Source: Mobula hypostoma
Taxonomy: Eukaryota
Direction of reading: 5' to 3'
Assembly (NCBI RefSeq): GCF_963921235.1
Contig: NC_086097.1
Location: forward strand, 169,510,001 to 169,574,000
Length of the DNA stretch: 64,000 nt
Position numbers and translations under genes: made by a program. Under the pieces are notes generated by a model. It made no database searches. It was not told the DNA's origin and saw nothing but the letters and a program-made list of their open reading frames with translations. This document shows positions 35,670-48,800 of this stretch, in pieces. Each line of letters opens with the position of its first letter. Position 1 is the stretch's first letter.

Positions 35670-36827
35670 TTATTTTAATAATCCTCTAAAACCAGGCTCC
35701 AACTTAGCAAACTTCATAGTGGCCAAAAACACTAATGAGTTGTGATCAGTGTAACTTCTCAGTGGTTTTCGACCCAGACCAAGATAACAAGGGTCATCCC
35801 ATACCAACTTCGCATTCTTTGGCAAGAGCTTAGTAAGAGGGTGGGTAATATCCGCAAAGTTCTTGCAAAACTTCCTATAGTACCCCCTCATCTCCAAGAA
35901 CCTTCTCAGGGCTCTCTTGTCTGTCAGGGCGGGGACTTCAGAGATAGCCCGCACCTTAACCTGCATCGGTGCCAGCTGCTCCTGTCTTACCACAAATCCC
36001 AGATAAGTGATCTTCGCGTGGCCGAACTCACTTTTTGCGAGGTTCACTGTCAGGTTGTCTTCGGACAGCCATTTAAACAACTCCTCTACTGCCACAATGT
36101 GCTCCTCCCACGTGTCACTTCAGACCACTACATCACCAATATACACTTCTGTGTTCTTTAGCCCTTTTGTCACTGAATTAATCATCCTACAGGGGTGTTG
36201 CTCACTAGGCTGACCTGATGTGACAGCAACACCATGTCCCAGCTCTTTGCATTGCCTCGGGACATCTGGACCTATGTGGGCGTGCCGTTTAATTAGCTCT
36301 CATAACGGGTCGCTTTGTTCGGGGATTAAGTGATAGACCTTATCAGCAAAACTGGCCAAAACAATAGACATCTCCCATCTGGTCGGCACCATACTTATCT
36401 TTTCAAAATGGGTATTCCCCTTATCAGGTGGCACCCTAGCCTCATTAATTTTCATGATAACACCGACTAAGTTTGTTTGCCTATCGTGGCAAGCTGTTAG
36501 CATATCAAAAGCCTGTAACTGTGTCAGCTCACATCTGCAATAGTCAATAACATCCTTCCTCCTGTGCAGCCAGTAAACCTCTTTCATGATTCCGCCGACT
36601 GTTTTCCTCCCCCCAAAATGTCCACCGAGGGGTATCTTGTGGGCCAGGTTAAGAATCTCATTCCCATAAATTTTTGGCACCACCACCTGGTGTACAACTC
36701 CCCATTCCTCATCTGCGGGCACGGTACGGGGTCTCCATTTCTTCCTTAGCACTCCCTCCTCCACACAATAGCCCACTGGCTCCCTTTTTAATTCTGCTTC
36801 GGAGAGAGCTGTCTCCGTCAAAACCAT
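35670..36827 (-). pseudogene. Deleted pol remnants: integrase zinc-binding (H2C2) domain followed by the RT C-terminal half
   Basis: LAHKIPLGGHFGGRKT...DYCRC (about 36535-36700) precedes YIGD (36132-36143), an in-frame stop, and LTVNLAKSEFG...YYRKFCKNF. I did not find the IN catalytic core, the RT N-terminus or most of RNase H. Confidence 0.85.
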
Positions 36828-37021
36828 CAGCTCCTCGTCTCACTCCTGTGCCTGTATAAAGTCCTTCCTTGCTAATGCTAAGTCTACCTCAACTCCCTCA
36901 CTTCCTCCTGTTTCACTATGCTCCTTCTTTTCACTTTCTAACCCCTTCTGATAAAAGGCTGGTAAAAACGTCTCAGCCAATTCTATATTTACTTCGGCAG
37001 CCTTTCTGGACATACGCCGAG

Positions 37022-38679
37022 TCACTGCGCAAACGGGATAAACCTGTGAGTCCATGGGCGGGGCCTCAATGCTGGCAGTTTTACTGCTGAGAACACATTT
37101 CCGCCGGCGAGGTCATTACCGAGTAAGACCTCCACGTCTTTCATCGGTAGCTCGGGCCTCACCCCGATCGTGACCAGTCCGGAGACCAAGTCGCTTTTTA
37201 GGTGTATCTGGTGCAAAGGTACTGCTTCAGTCCCTTTTCCAATGCCTCTTATGACCCTGACCTCCCCAGTCTCGGTCTCTGAACTAAAGTCTAAGACACT
37301 CTTTAATATCAATGACTGACACGCTCCCGTGTCTCTCCAGATCCGTACTGGAACTGGGCTTAACCCCTCCTTCACCGACACCGATCCGGCCGAGATAAAC
37401 CTCTCGCGCCCGTCCTGAACTTTATCAGACCTCTTCTCTCCTAGCGGTTTGCTTACCAGCTCAATACAGCCAGTCGGAACCGCCGTTTTCCCTTTTCCCG
37501 TCTCCTTCTTTGGGTCAAAGCACCTGGACGCAAAGTGTCCGACTTTCCCACAATTATAGCATACGACCCCAGGAGACTTCCTACCAGACTGCTCCTGGTC
37601 TACCTTATCCTTCTCACTAGTCCCCGGCTTACTTTCTGACTTTTCCGGCGGACTCTCCCCGCCATCCTGACTACCCTTCTGGTAGCCTTTACTCGGGGCA
37701 AACTTCGTTTTATGTGTCAACGCGTACTCATCCGCTAACTTAGCAGTTGCGGCTAAAGTGTCTGCCTCTTTCTCATCTAGGTAGGGTCTCATACCTTCAG
37801 GAACACAACCTTTAAACTGCTCAATCAGGATGAGCTGTAGCAGTCTGTCATAATCCCCATTGACCCCTTTCGAGGCGCACCAACGCTCACAATATGTCTT
37901 CAGCTCACGGGCAAACTCTAAATACGTGCGGCCCCACTGCTTCCTCGCATTCCGGAACCTTTGCCAGTATGCCTCCAGGACCAACTCATAAATCCTGAGG
38001 ACGGCCTCTTTCACCACCTCATACCAATGGGCATCTTCTGCGGACAAAGCCGGGTAAGCTTGTTAGGCTTTTCCTTTAAGTACACTCTGAAGCAAAACAG
38101 CCCACTTATCCCTCGGCCAGTCCTGACTTGCAGCAACTTTTTCAAAATGGAGAGAGTACCGATCAACATCGGTCTCGTCAAATGGGGGAACCAGCCTAAC
38201 CTCCTGGGTCACCCTGAACCCTCCACCTTGGTTCAGCATGGGCCCCTGCTCTGCCATCATCTTTAACCTCTCCAGCTCAAATTCCCTTTCCCTCTGTTTC
38301 TCCAACTGCCTCCCTTCTCGCTCCAACTGTTTCTCTCTCTCTCTTGCCGTTCTAACTGTCTCTCTCTCTCGCCGTTCTAACTGTTTCTCTTCGTGCTCTA
38401 GCTGCCGTACCCGGAACTCGTGTCGAGTCTCAATTTTTCAATATGCACCTGTACTGCGTCTTCACCTGGTTTTCCAATAGACATCACCTCCAGCTCCCCT
38501 TGGGGAAACACACCTTTAGACACATAATGCTCTATGATAGCTCTGTGCATCTCTTCTCTCCTCATTGTCGACTTCCCCTTAAAAAGATTCAACTGTTTGG
38601 CCACAGCTGCCAACTCTACTTTCCTGGCATTCTCTAATGCCTCCAAGGTCGGCGCCTTTAGAAATTCCTCAATCTCCAT
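37022..38679 (-). pseudogene. Frameshifted gag-protease (coiled coil, SCAN-like capsid, CCHC knuckle, aspartic protease)
   Basis: Three ORF pieces: LVPPFDETDVDRY..FEKVA; ERW...LLQLILIEQF...AKLADEY (SCAN-like); CYNCGKVGHFASRC and IWRDTGACQSLI. Confidence 0.88.
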
Positions 38680-38755
38680 TTCTGCTGCTTGCCTTTTCTT
38701 TCTTTCGGGAATTTTAACCCAATCAATTTACCCAGTCCCAAATTTAGCGTTCAAA

Positions 38756-38774
38756 ATCGCAGACGAGAACCCCA
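38756..38774 (-). promoter_or_regulatory. Primer-binding site, degenerate tRNA-Pro type
   Basis: TGGGGTTCTCGTCTGCGAT lies 4 nt after the 5' LTR. The canonical tRNA-Pro PBS is TGGGGGCTCGTCCGGGAT. Confidence 0.65.
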
Positions 38775-38778
38775 CTTA

Positions 38779-39065
38779 TGTTACGTACCCCGTAACTGGG
38801 TTGCCAAACCAGCAGAAATGGACCACTTAGTTGGAGTCTGGATTACTGGAACTAAGAAGGTTTTATTAAAGAAATAAGTAACACAGTACTCTAAACGTAA
38901 GGATATAAATGCAATGGGTTAGCAATGATAAGACACACATGTACATAGAACTAGGATAATAGGAATCAATCAAGCTCTATCGCAGTCTAGGGGTAAAATG
39001 ATCAGTCTCAAGTGACACAGAGTTCAGTTCAGTTTCAGTTCACAGGAATCGCTGTTGTGCCGCTG

Positions 39066-39103
<38 letters not shown>

Positions 39104-39629
39104 ATGCTGATATTCAAATTGGATTCAACAGACCTTTGATATTCCTCACAGTTAGCTTTCGGCGCGAGCCCTTTTTAATGTCTTCTGAGGTCACTGACTG
39201 TGACCCCTCCGTTCCGGATACAATCGTTCTTCTGCGGTGAACCCGGCACCCAGGCAAGGGTGGACACACACACTAGGTTCCCGCCGATCGTACCTTCTCA
39301 CCCTGTGCGTCTATGGTTGGTCCCGCAACCAGACCTCCAAAACTCCCACCAACTCCCACCAGCTTTTCCAGGGTCTCATTATCTCGTGGTGTCGTGGTGT
39401 GTCCCTTGCCTTAGCGAACCTGTTCCTTTTATCCCCCTGCTGGGGTATCGCCTGTCCATCAAACTTCAAACAGTTCGGGTTCAAAGCAACCTATCTAAAC
39501 AATACTCGGAACTGTGTCTCTTTTCGTTAATCTCTCTCGTCTCTCTCTTATTAGCATTTTGAATGTTTCCCCCATTTGTCTCTTTCTTATCTCTCTTATC
39601 GGCATCAATCTTCTGATAACTTGGTCACA
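38779..39629 (-). repeat. 5' LTR (851 bp)
   Basis: Direct repeat of 34650-35498, adjacent to the PBS. Confidence 0.95.
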
Positions 39630-41404
39630 GTACCCATACATTACACTGATCGTAATTGTTGTTCCAGCTACTACAAGAACTCATATGGTCTCACCATCAT
39701 TCCTCCACCTTCTCTGTTACTACAAACTAATGCCTTTCCTTCTTTTCTAGCTCTGTCAAATGGTCTCAGATCTGTAACATTAATTCTCTTTTTAAAGATG
39801 CTATGTGACTGTCTGAGAATCTCCAGCATTCTCTGTTTTTATTCATGTGTCAGAACAATTACTAGATAGGAAGCAGAAGTAGAGAAGAAATGGGAAAAAT
39901 TTGAAGAAAGAATATGGAACTGCTTATGGCCCTGTGCAATGGAGGCTCCATACCGGCCTATAATGCAACCGGTCATAGTGTTCTCCAATATACATCTGTA
40001 GAAATTTGTAAGTCCTTGGTGACATTTTTGTCAAGCTCCTAATGAAGTAGAGCTGCTGGTGTGCCTTCTTGGTGATTGCATCAATGCATTGGGCTCAGGT
40101 ACCTGGAGGAGCATTTGAAGGGATATTAAATGCATGGCTCTACAGGAAGAGCTGGGAAGAAGATCTAGTTTTTTTACCAGCTTGGGCATAATGGCCAGTA
40201 TCTGTGCAATAAATTTCCATGCTTCTAGATGATGATACTGATTTTGTTATGTGCAGTAAATTTTGAGAAATTTGATTACGATTGAGGAAATTTACTGCAC
40301 ATACTAAAATCAGTAACATTCTGAATTGCTAAAAAGCAAAATCAAATCCAAAACTAGACTTATTAAGAGAAAATGTCAGAAGTAGTACATAGCTGGTTAA
40401 GTTACTAACTGAGTAATCTGGAGAATGAGACAAATGACACAGACATATTCCACGGAGATACCAGAGGAACTGTAGTTAAATAAATGCTGAAACTGCAAAC
40501 TAGTGCTAGTAATAGTTGCTAAATGATTACCATTTTGTTGTGAAAAATTCAACCGGATGTAGAAGGAAATGTGCTTTTCTACTTGATGTGACTAACTTGT
40601 GATTGTAGACCGAGATCAATGTGGTTAACTCTTGAATGACCTCTGAAATGGCTCATTTTGAGAGTAATCAAGGTCATTGAATGCCGACCTTTCCAGAAAT
40701 GCCCACATCCCGTGAATGAGTTATAAAAGTGGGCTTAGATGTTTGGTATGAGTGAAATGTCAGTATTTCTGACTGTATTCTTTCCACTGACACAGCCTAC
40801 ATAATGATAATGCTCTATCATGGTGCAAAAACTATTTTCAATTCATATTTTTATTTTTAATCAGATGTAATGATTTGAAAATCTTCTTTTCTGGATGTTC
40901 ATAGCTGGGTGAAAATTCTAGAAACCCTTGTCTAGCAGGACTCCAGGAGCATCTTAACCAGAAGGCTGGCAGCAATTCAAGTAGATGAGCAAAAAGATCA
41001 GCATGACCTAATGGGGTTGAAGGGCCTATTTCTGTGCCATGTGAGGGTGAGTCTGAGACAGTGGTAACTGGTGACGGACAAAAAATGCTGCTCAGAACTC
41101 AAAAATCAATAAAAATATGCTGATGATGAGTAAGACATATTGCAAGCAATTATTACCTTCTTATGCTTCACGTCTCTCAGGACCAGCAGTTTCTGGGTTA
41201 CAAAAGCCCATACATATTTTTCACTTCATGAAACATTTCCAGAAGAGTTTTTAAACTATTTTTTATAACAAGCATCCATAACTTTATAGCAGAGCGTCAC
41301 TGGTGAGTGTGAAATGAATCAGATGATACAGAATTGTATCCTGATTGTGAGGCGGTGGCAATATTTTCAGTGGGAATTCATTGGTTTGAGATGATGGCCC
41401 AATC

Positions 41405-44185
41405 ACAAACAAAAGAAAATCTGCAGATGCTGGAAATCCAAGCAATGCACACAAAATGCTGGTGGAACTCAGCAGGCCAGACAGCATCTATGGAAAAGAG
41501 CACAACTGACGTTTTGGGTAGAGACCCTTCAGCAAGATTGGAGGAAAAAAAGTGAGGAGTAGATTTAAAAAGTAGGGGGAGGGGAGAGAGAAACACAAGG
41601 TGATTGGTGAAACCTGAAAGGGGAGGGATGAAGTGAAGAGCTGGGGATTGGTGAAAGAGATACAGGGCTGGAGAAGGGGGAGTCTGATAGGAGAGGTCAG
41701 AAGGCCATGGATGAAAGAAAAAGGGAAGGAGCACTGGAGGGAGGCGATAGGCAGGTAAGGAGATAAGGAGAGAGAAGGAAATGGGAATGGAGAATGGTGA
41801 AGTTGGGGGGGGGGGGCATTACTAGAAGTTAGAGAAATCTATGTTCATGCCATCAGGTTCGAGTCTACCTAGACGGAATATCAGGTGTTGTTGCTCCACC
41901 CTGAGTACGGCCTCATCATGACAGTGGAGGAGGCCATGGATTGATACACGTGTCCCCCACTTTTCGAACGTTCGCTTTACGAAACCTCACTGTTACGAAA
42001 GACCTACATTAGTACCCTGTTTTCGCTTTCAGAAGGTGTTTTCACTGTTACGAAGAAAGGCAGGGCGCGATAAAAAATCAGCACGCGATAAAAGGCAGAG
42101 CGCGCCCCGAGCAGCTGCTGTTCCCCGGATTCGGAACGGCATTGCTTTAACACGTTGCATTGAGCAGCCGTTCTAAAGTGTCGGAAAAGCCTGAAAGAGT
42201 AAGGGTGTTACACTTAGCGTAAAACTAGACATAATTAAGCGTTTCGATCGTGGTGAACGAAGCAAGGACAAAGTGAGTTTGGCTTGTGGAAGTTGACGAA
42301 GATGATATTGAAGAGGTTTTGGCATCCCATGACCAAGAACTGATAGATGAAGAGCTGATGCAATTGGAAGAGGAAAGGATAACAATCGAAACCGAATGCA
42401 GAAGGTGAAGCAACTGCGTGAGATTTTCGCTGCAATGATAAAGTACGACTTTAATTTTGAAAGGGTACGTAGGTTTAGGGGATATTTACAGGATGGTTTG
42501 AGTGCTTACAAACAATTGTATGATAGAAAAATGCGCGAGGCTCAGCAGTGAAGCAAGCCTTCCACATCAGCCACAACAGATGACGAACCTTGACCTTCGA
42601 CATCGAGGCGGGCAGTCGTAGGAGAAGATGAGCTGCCTGCCCTGATCGACGATGAGATGACACCCCCGTGTCCCACCACCCCAACACCCAGGCCCCGAAC
42701 AGATACTGTACCGATTTGCGGAGAATGCAGCAGTAGCCGAGAGGCACACAGCACATCTTTAAGAAAAAAACTGAAATAAACATGCTAATTAATTAGGTGC
42801 CTCCTAGCACGTAATTGTCGGCCCAGATCAGAGGTGATGTAATCGGCAATCGGCACTGATCTGTGCCGACATTTAGATGCCAGGCAGCACCTAATTAGTT
42901 AGCATGTTTATTTCGGCTTTTTTCTTAAAGATGTGCTGGGTGCCTCCCGCTACCGCTACGTTCTTCATGGCAATGTATTGGGTCGGCGGCCCGGAGGGTG
43001 GGGGCCACTGCACCACTCAGCCTGCGACGACTCAGTCTAACACACCATCATCAGTGTGCTCTGCGCTGTTTTCCCAATTCCGGTAAGTGATACTACACTG
43101 TACATACATTATTTCTACTTTATATAGGCTGTGTATTTTCATGTGTTATTTGGTAGATTTGGCAGCTTCATAGTTTAAAGGTTACTGGAGGGAGATCAGT
43201 GGGGAGGAACGAATGGAGAAAGGATTTGCAGAGGGAGGAAAGCAGAAAGTGGGGGGGAGGGAAAGATGTGCTTGGTGGTGGGATCCTGTTGGAGATGTTG
43301 GAAGTTGCGGAGAATTATGTGCTGGATGAGGAAGCTGGTGGGGTCTTAAGTGAGGACAAGAGGAACCCTATCCTTGGTAGTGTGGTGGGAAGATGGGGTG
43401 AAAGCAGACATGCGTGAAATGGAAGGGATGTAGTTCAGGGCGGCATTGATGGTGGAGGAAGAGAAGACCTTTTCTTTGAAAAAGGAGGACATCTCCTTCA
43501 CTCTGCAATGAAAAGCCTCATCCTGAAGCAGATGCAGCGGAGACCGAGGAATTGAGAGACAGAGATGGCCTTTTTACAAGTAATGGCGTGGGAAGAGGTG
43601 TAGTCCAGGTAGCTGTGAGAGTCCTTGGGTTTATAATAGACATCAGTAGGTAAGCTGTCTCCACAGTTAGAGACAGAGAGATTGAGAAAGGGGAGGGAGG
43701 TGTCAGAAATGGGCCAGGTAAACTTGAGGGCAGGGTGGAAGTTGGATGAAGTCAATGAGCTCCACATGGGTGAAGGAAGCAGCACCAATGCAGCCGTCAA
43801 TGTAGTGTCGGAAAAGAGGGGAATGTCCACGAGTGTGTGCTTGGAAATAGACTGTTGGACTTAGCTAACAAACAGGCAGGCATAGCTGGGACCCATGTGA
43901 GTACCCATGGCTACACCTTTTGTTTGAAGGAAGTGGGAGGAGCCATAGGAGAAATTAATAAGAGTTAGGACAAGTTCTGCCAGACGAAGGAGAGTGGTGG
44001 TGGAGGTGAACTGCTTGGGTCTGGTGTGCAGAGAGAAACAGAGAGCTTTGAGGCCTTCCTGATGAGGGATGGATGTGTATAGGGACTGGACACCCATAGT
44101 AAAATTAAGATGATGGGGGCCAGGGAATATGAAATCATTGAAAAAATCCGGAGCATGTGAAGTGTCATGGATGTAGTTAGGAAGG
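41405..44185 (-). mobile_element. Penelope-like retroelement (RT, GIY-YIG end, terminal repeat), interrupted by a Tigger element
   Basis: Encodes VQSLYTSIPHQEGLKAL, FLQTKGVAMGT and LPFLNLSV...VYYKPKDSHSYLDYTS. EQHLIFRLG lies near 41870-41895. The terminal arm carries a hammerhead remnant at 41508-41535. Confidence 0.88.
41947..43190 (+). mobile_element. Tigger/pogo-like DNA transposon deletion derivative
   Basis: TA followed by cacgtgtcccccacttttcgaacgttcgctttacg (TIR-like). HTH-like LSVKLDIIKRFDRGERSKD is joined to an acidic TIGD1-like C-terminus EVDEDDIEEVLASHDQELIDEELMQLEEE. No right TIR found. Confidence 0.75.
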
Positions 44186-44589
44186 GACTGAACGGGGGGG
44201 GGGGGGCGGATAAAACACAGTCGAGGTTGGCCTGGCTGTTTAGAGGCCTGAATAGGGATGGATTAAACAGAAGCTGTGGAATTGCAGGTAGATTTCTTTC
44301 GGTTTCAGTGGATTATATTCCCTGTGCATTTGTAAGACCAGTAGGATGGATTTGTCAGCTGCTACTGGGTGGAAATGGGGCATTTCCATGCGCCTTCTCT
44401 CCGCACAACCATCCCCTTTCCCCTGAGCCGAGCAGAGTTGGGAGCATCGAGCAGACTCACTCACTCACTCACTCACAGCATCAGTGAGGCTGACTGTTGA
44501 ACATTCTACCCACGTGTGCCTGCTTGGCTGTCACAGTTGTTTCTGTGACACTTCATTTCTGACTTACAAAAAACTCAGGTTACAAAAGT

Positions 44590-45415
44590 TAAATTCAGAT
44601 TGCTGAAAGTGTTATGTATAAATACACACTGTTTACAAATTAAGATAGATGATCTTGTAGCGCAGTTGGAAGTTGGCAGGTATGACGTTGTGGAGAATAA
44701 CAGAGCAGTGGGTGAAAGAAGATCACTGCTAGAAGCTTAACATCCAAGGATCCACATTGTATTGAAAGGACAGGTAGGCAGGCAAGGGGATGGGGAAGCT
44801 CTGTTGGTAAAAAATCAAATCAAATCCTGAGCAAGAGGTGAGAAAGGACTGGAAGGTGTAGAATCCTTGTGGGTAGTGTTGAAAAACTGCAAGGGTAAAA
44901 AAAGGTTCAAAGTAAATTTATTATCAAAGTACATATAGGTACCCATATACAACCCTGAGATTTATTTTCTTGTGGGCATACTCAATAAATCCATAGAATA
45001 ATAACAATAACTGGATCAGTGAAAGACTGCACCTTGCTGGGAGGCCTCAGAACAGTAGCCAGAATGTGGGGTACAAATTACCAAGGGGGATAGAAAAGTC
45101 TTGTAAAAAGGGCAATGTTATGATGGTCATTGGGGATTTCAAAATGCAGGTAGATTGGGAAAATTGAGTTGGTGCTGAATCCTAAGAGAAAGAATTTGTA
45201 GAATGCCTGTGAGATGGCTTTTTAGAGCAGCTTGTGGTTGAACCCATGAGGGAAGTGCAATTCTGGATTGGGTATTGTGTAGAAACCTGGATTTTATTCT
45301 TAGGAATATTAAAATAAAGGAAACTTTAAGAGGCAGTGATCAGAATATGATAGAAATCACCCCAAAGTTTGAGAGGGAGAAGTTAAAATCAGATGTATCA
45401 GCATTATAGTTGAGT
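44590..45415 (+). mobile_element. CR1 endonuclease-region fragment
   Basis: Degenerate endonuclease motifs (VIGDF..QVDWE, FLEQLVVEP) homologous to 1-876 and 45900-46300. Confidence 0.8.
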
Positions 45416-45899
45416 AACCTAATCAAAATAAAGAGTGTGTTTAACACTACCAATACCAATTGTTCCTTGGCAATAATATTTAAATTGATGGTAAAATTGA
45501 GAAAGTTGTCATTTTAAGAGCTACTTTGGATATGATGGCCTAAATCTCCTGATCTTTTAGAAATGATCATCTTCTTTCGATAACGCTGATTGATGAACAT
45601 TTAAGTGCTAAATTTGTTTTGTCATTCAAAAAAGCATGCACAATATTAGGGAGACTCAAAGGATTGCTGATACTGGAATCTGGAACAACACAAAGGTTGC
45701 TGGAGGAACTCGACATCTACTGACCCTTTCCTTCCACAATTGCAGCTTGAACCACTGAGTTCCTCCAGCATTTAGTAATGCATCATATTAGCCTGGTATC
45801 AAGAGTTTACATTTCTCCAGATTATCATGTTTTTAAATCATCAAGTAGGAGAATGACAGGTGATCTCATAGAAGTTTATAAAATTATGGGGGGGGGGGC

Positions 45900-48800
45900 C
45901 GCAGCAGCCAGGACATGGGATATAAATTACAATGGGAGATAGAAAAGCCATGTCAAAAAGGCAACGTTACAATAGTCCTGAAGTATTTCAATATGCAGGT
46001 AGATTGGGAACATCAAGTTGATGCTGGATCCTAAGACAGGGAATTTGTAGAATACCTACAAGATGGCATTTTAGAGCAGCTTGTGATTGAGCCCACTAGG
46101 GGAAAGGCAATTCTGGATTTGGTGTTGTGTAATGAACCAGATTTGATTAGGGTTCTTAAAGTAAAGGAAACCTCAGGAGGAAGTGATCATACTATGGTAG
46201 AATTCATTCTACACTATGATAGAGACAAGGTAAAGTCAGATATATCTATATTACAGTGGAGTAAAGGTAGTTACAGAGGCATGAGCGAGGAGCTGGCCAA
46301 AGTTCATGGTTAGGGGACAGTATCAGGGATGACGATAGAACAGAAATGGCTGTAGCTTCTGGGAGTAATTCAGAAGGTGCAGGATAGGTACATCCCAAAG
46401 AAGAAGTAATGGATGAGGCATCTGTGGCTGACAAGAGAAGTCAAAGACAGCATAAGAGCAAAAGAGCATATAATATAGCAAAAATTAGTGGGAGTTTAGA
46501 GGATTTAGAAGCTTTTAAAAACCAACAGAAGGCAACTAAAAAGCCATGAGGAGAGAAAAGATTAAATATGAAGATAGGTTAGCCAATAATGTAAAAGAGG
46601 ATACCAAAGGTTTTTTCAGATATATAAAAGAGAGATGAGAGTGGATATTGGACTGCTGGAAAATGATGCTGGAGACTTAGTAATGGGGGGCAAAGAAATG
46701 GCAGATGAACTTCATAAGTAATTTGTGCCAGTATTCGCTGTGGAAAACACAAGCAGTATGCCAGAAATTGAGAATGTCAAGAGGCAGAAGTGAGTGTTGT
46801 TACTAAAGAGAAGTTGCTTGGGAAGCTGAAAGGTCTTTAGGTAGATAAACCTGATTCACCTGAACCAGACGACACCCCAGGGTTCTGAAGAATTAGCTGA
46901 AGAGATTGTAGAGGCATTAGTAATGGTCTTTCAAGTATCACAAGATTCTGAACTGATTCTGAAGGACTGCAAATTAGCAAATATCACTCCACACTTCAAG
47001 AAAGGAGGGTGCCAGAAGAAAGGAAATTATAGGCTAGATAGCATAAATTTAGTGGTTGGGAAGTTGTTGGTATCCATTATAAAGGATGAGGTTTCAAGGT
47101 ATTTAGAGGCACATGAGAAGGTAGGCCAAAGTCAGCATAGTTTCCTTAAGGGGAAATCCTGACAAATCTGTTGGAATTCTTTGAGGAAATAACAGGCAGG
47201 ATAGACAAAGGAGAGTCAGTTGATGTTGTTTATTTGGATTTTTGAAGACCTTTGACAAGGTGCTACACATGAGGCTGCTTAACAAAATAAGAACCAATGG
47301 AATTACAGACAAGATACTAGCATGGGTAGATTAGATTTGAGCAGCGCACAATTGGAGAAGTTGTAAGCCTGAGAAGAATAGTTCCCTCAGGTTCGCTGAT
47401 TGAGTAGAAAAGGTAGCGATCACGGCAGTTTGGAGCTTTGAGCACTGCCCAGTCAGTGTTCAGGATTGATCAGCAAGAACAAATTAAAGGGAGGCAGGGG
47501 CAGTTGGAGCGGCCACTGTTGGAACAGCTATCGTTGGAGTGGACAGGGTTAGACTGGGGACTTTGAGGCTTTAGCACTTTGAGGTTCAGCAAGGAAAGGC
47601 TTCCATCAGAGAAGGCAAAAAAGCTGTAGGTAGAGTTCCCCCACCCACTACCACCACAGTTTATTGTTATTCCTTCTTTATATTTGCTCAGTTAGAATAG
47701 TAGAGTTGCCAGACAGGATAGTTGAACGCTTCTCTTGTGGGACGTGAGAAGACAGGAAGATGTCCAGTATCCCTGACGACCTCAACTTCAAGAAGTGCAT
47801 CCAGCTGCTTCTAACAATCTGTGTTTAAGGAGTTGGAGCTGGAACTGGATGAACTCCAGATCATTTGGGAGGCTGAGGGGGTGATAAGACAATACAGAGA
47901 GGTAGTTACACTGACACAGGTAACTGGGTGACAGCCAGGAAGGGGAAAGGGGTTAAACAGCCAGAGCAGAGTACCACTACGGCCACCCCCTCAACAACAA
48001 GTATACCACTTTGGATATTGTTGGGGAGAATGAACTAGCATAGGAAAGTCACGGCAGTCCGGTCTTTGGCACGGAGTCTGACTCCAGGATTCAGATGGGA
48101 AGGAGGGGGGAGAAGAGGCGAGCTGTTGTGATAGAGGATTAATTAGTGAGGGAAACAGAAAGGAGATTCTGTGGACGAGAATGAGATCCCCAGATGGTAC
48201 GTTGCCTCCTAGGTACCAGGGGCCAGGACATTTCAGATTGAGTCCTCAGCATTCTTAAGCGGGAGGGTGAACAGCCAGAGGTCATGGCCATGTAGGTACC
48301 AATAACATAGGTAGGAAGAGTTACGACGTTCTGCAAAATGAGTTCAGCAAGTTAGCAGATAAGTTAAAAGGAAGGACCTCCAGGGCTGTGATCTCAGGAT
48401 CCCTAATTATGTCACGTGCTAGTGAGGCTGGAAATTACACATTTCGACGGAGACATAATGGAAAGATTTTTTCTCCTCATGTATATGAATGATGTAAGAA
48501 ATAAAGTAAATTCAGTTCAATGCAATTCAAATAAGATGATTATACATTTTAACACGTGGCTAAGGAGTTGGTTAAGGATGGAGGGCATAAAATTTTTGTA
48601 TCATTAGGTTCTCTTCAAAGGAAGGTGGAGCCTATACAGAAGAGACGGTTTGCACCTAAACTGTAAGGGGACTAATATCCTAGCAGGATGGTTTGCTAGT
48701 GCTTGCATGGTGAGGTTTAAACTAGAGTTGCAGCGGGATGGGAGCCAGAGTGCTAGAACAGTTAGTAGAGAGGTTGTGGAGACAGACATTGTTGAGACTT

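Larger units (their letters stand above)
34650..39629 (-). mobile_element. Gmr1-like Ty3/Gypsy LTR retrotransposon, internally deleted, both LTRs present
   Basis: 5' LTR 38779-39629 and 3' LTR 34650-35498, both TG...CA. TSD GTAC at 34646-34649 and 39630-39633. tRNA-Pro-like PBS and a PPT are present. Domain order is gag-PR-IN-RT. Confidence 0.93.

Noticed and set aside
39730..39850. Additional hammerhead remnants (also about 60100 and 55900)
   Set aside because: The Penelope-terminus context is recognisable, but the core motifs are too degraded to call.
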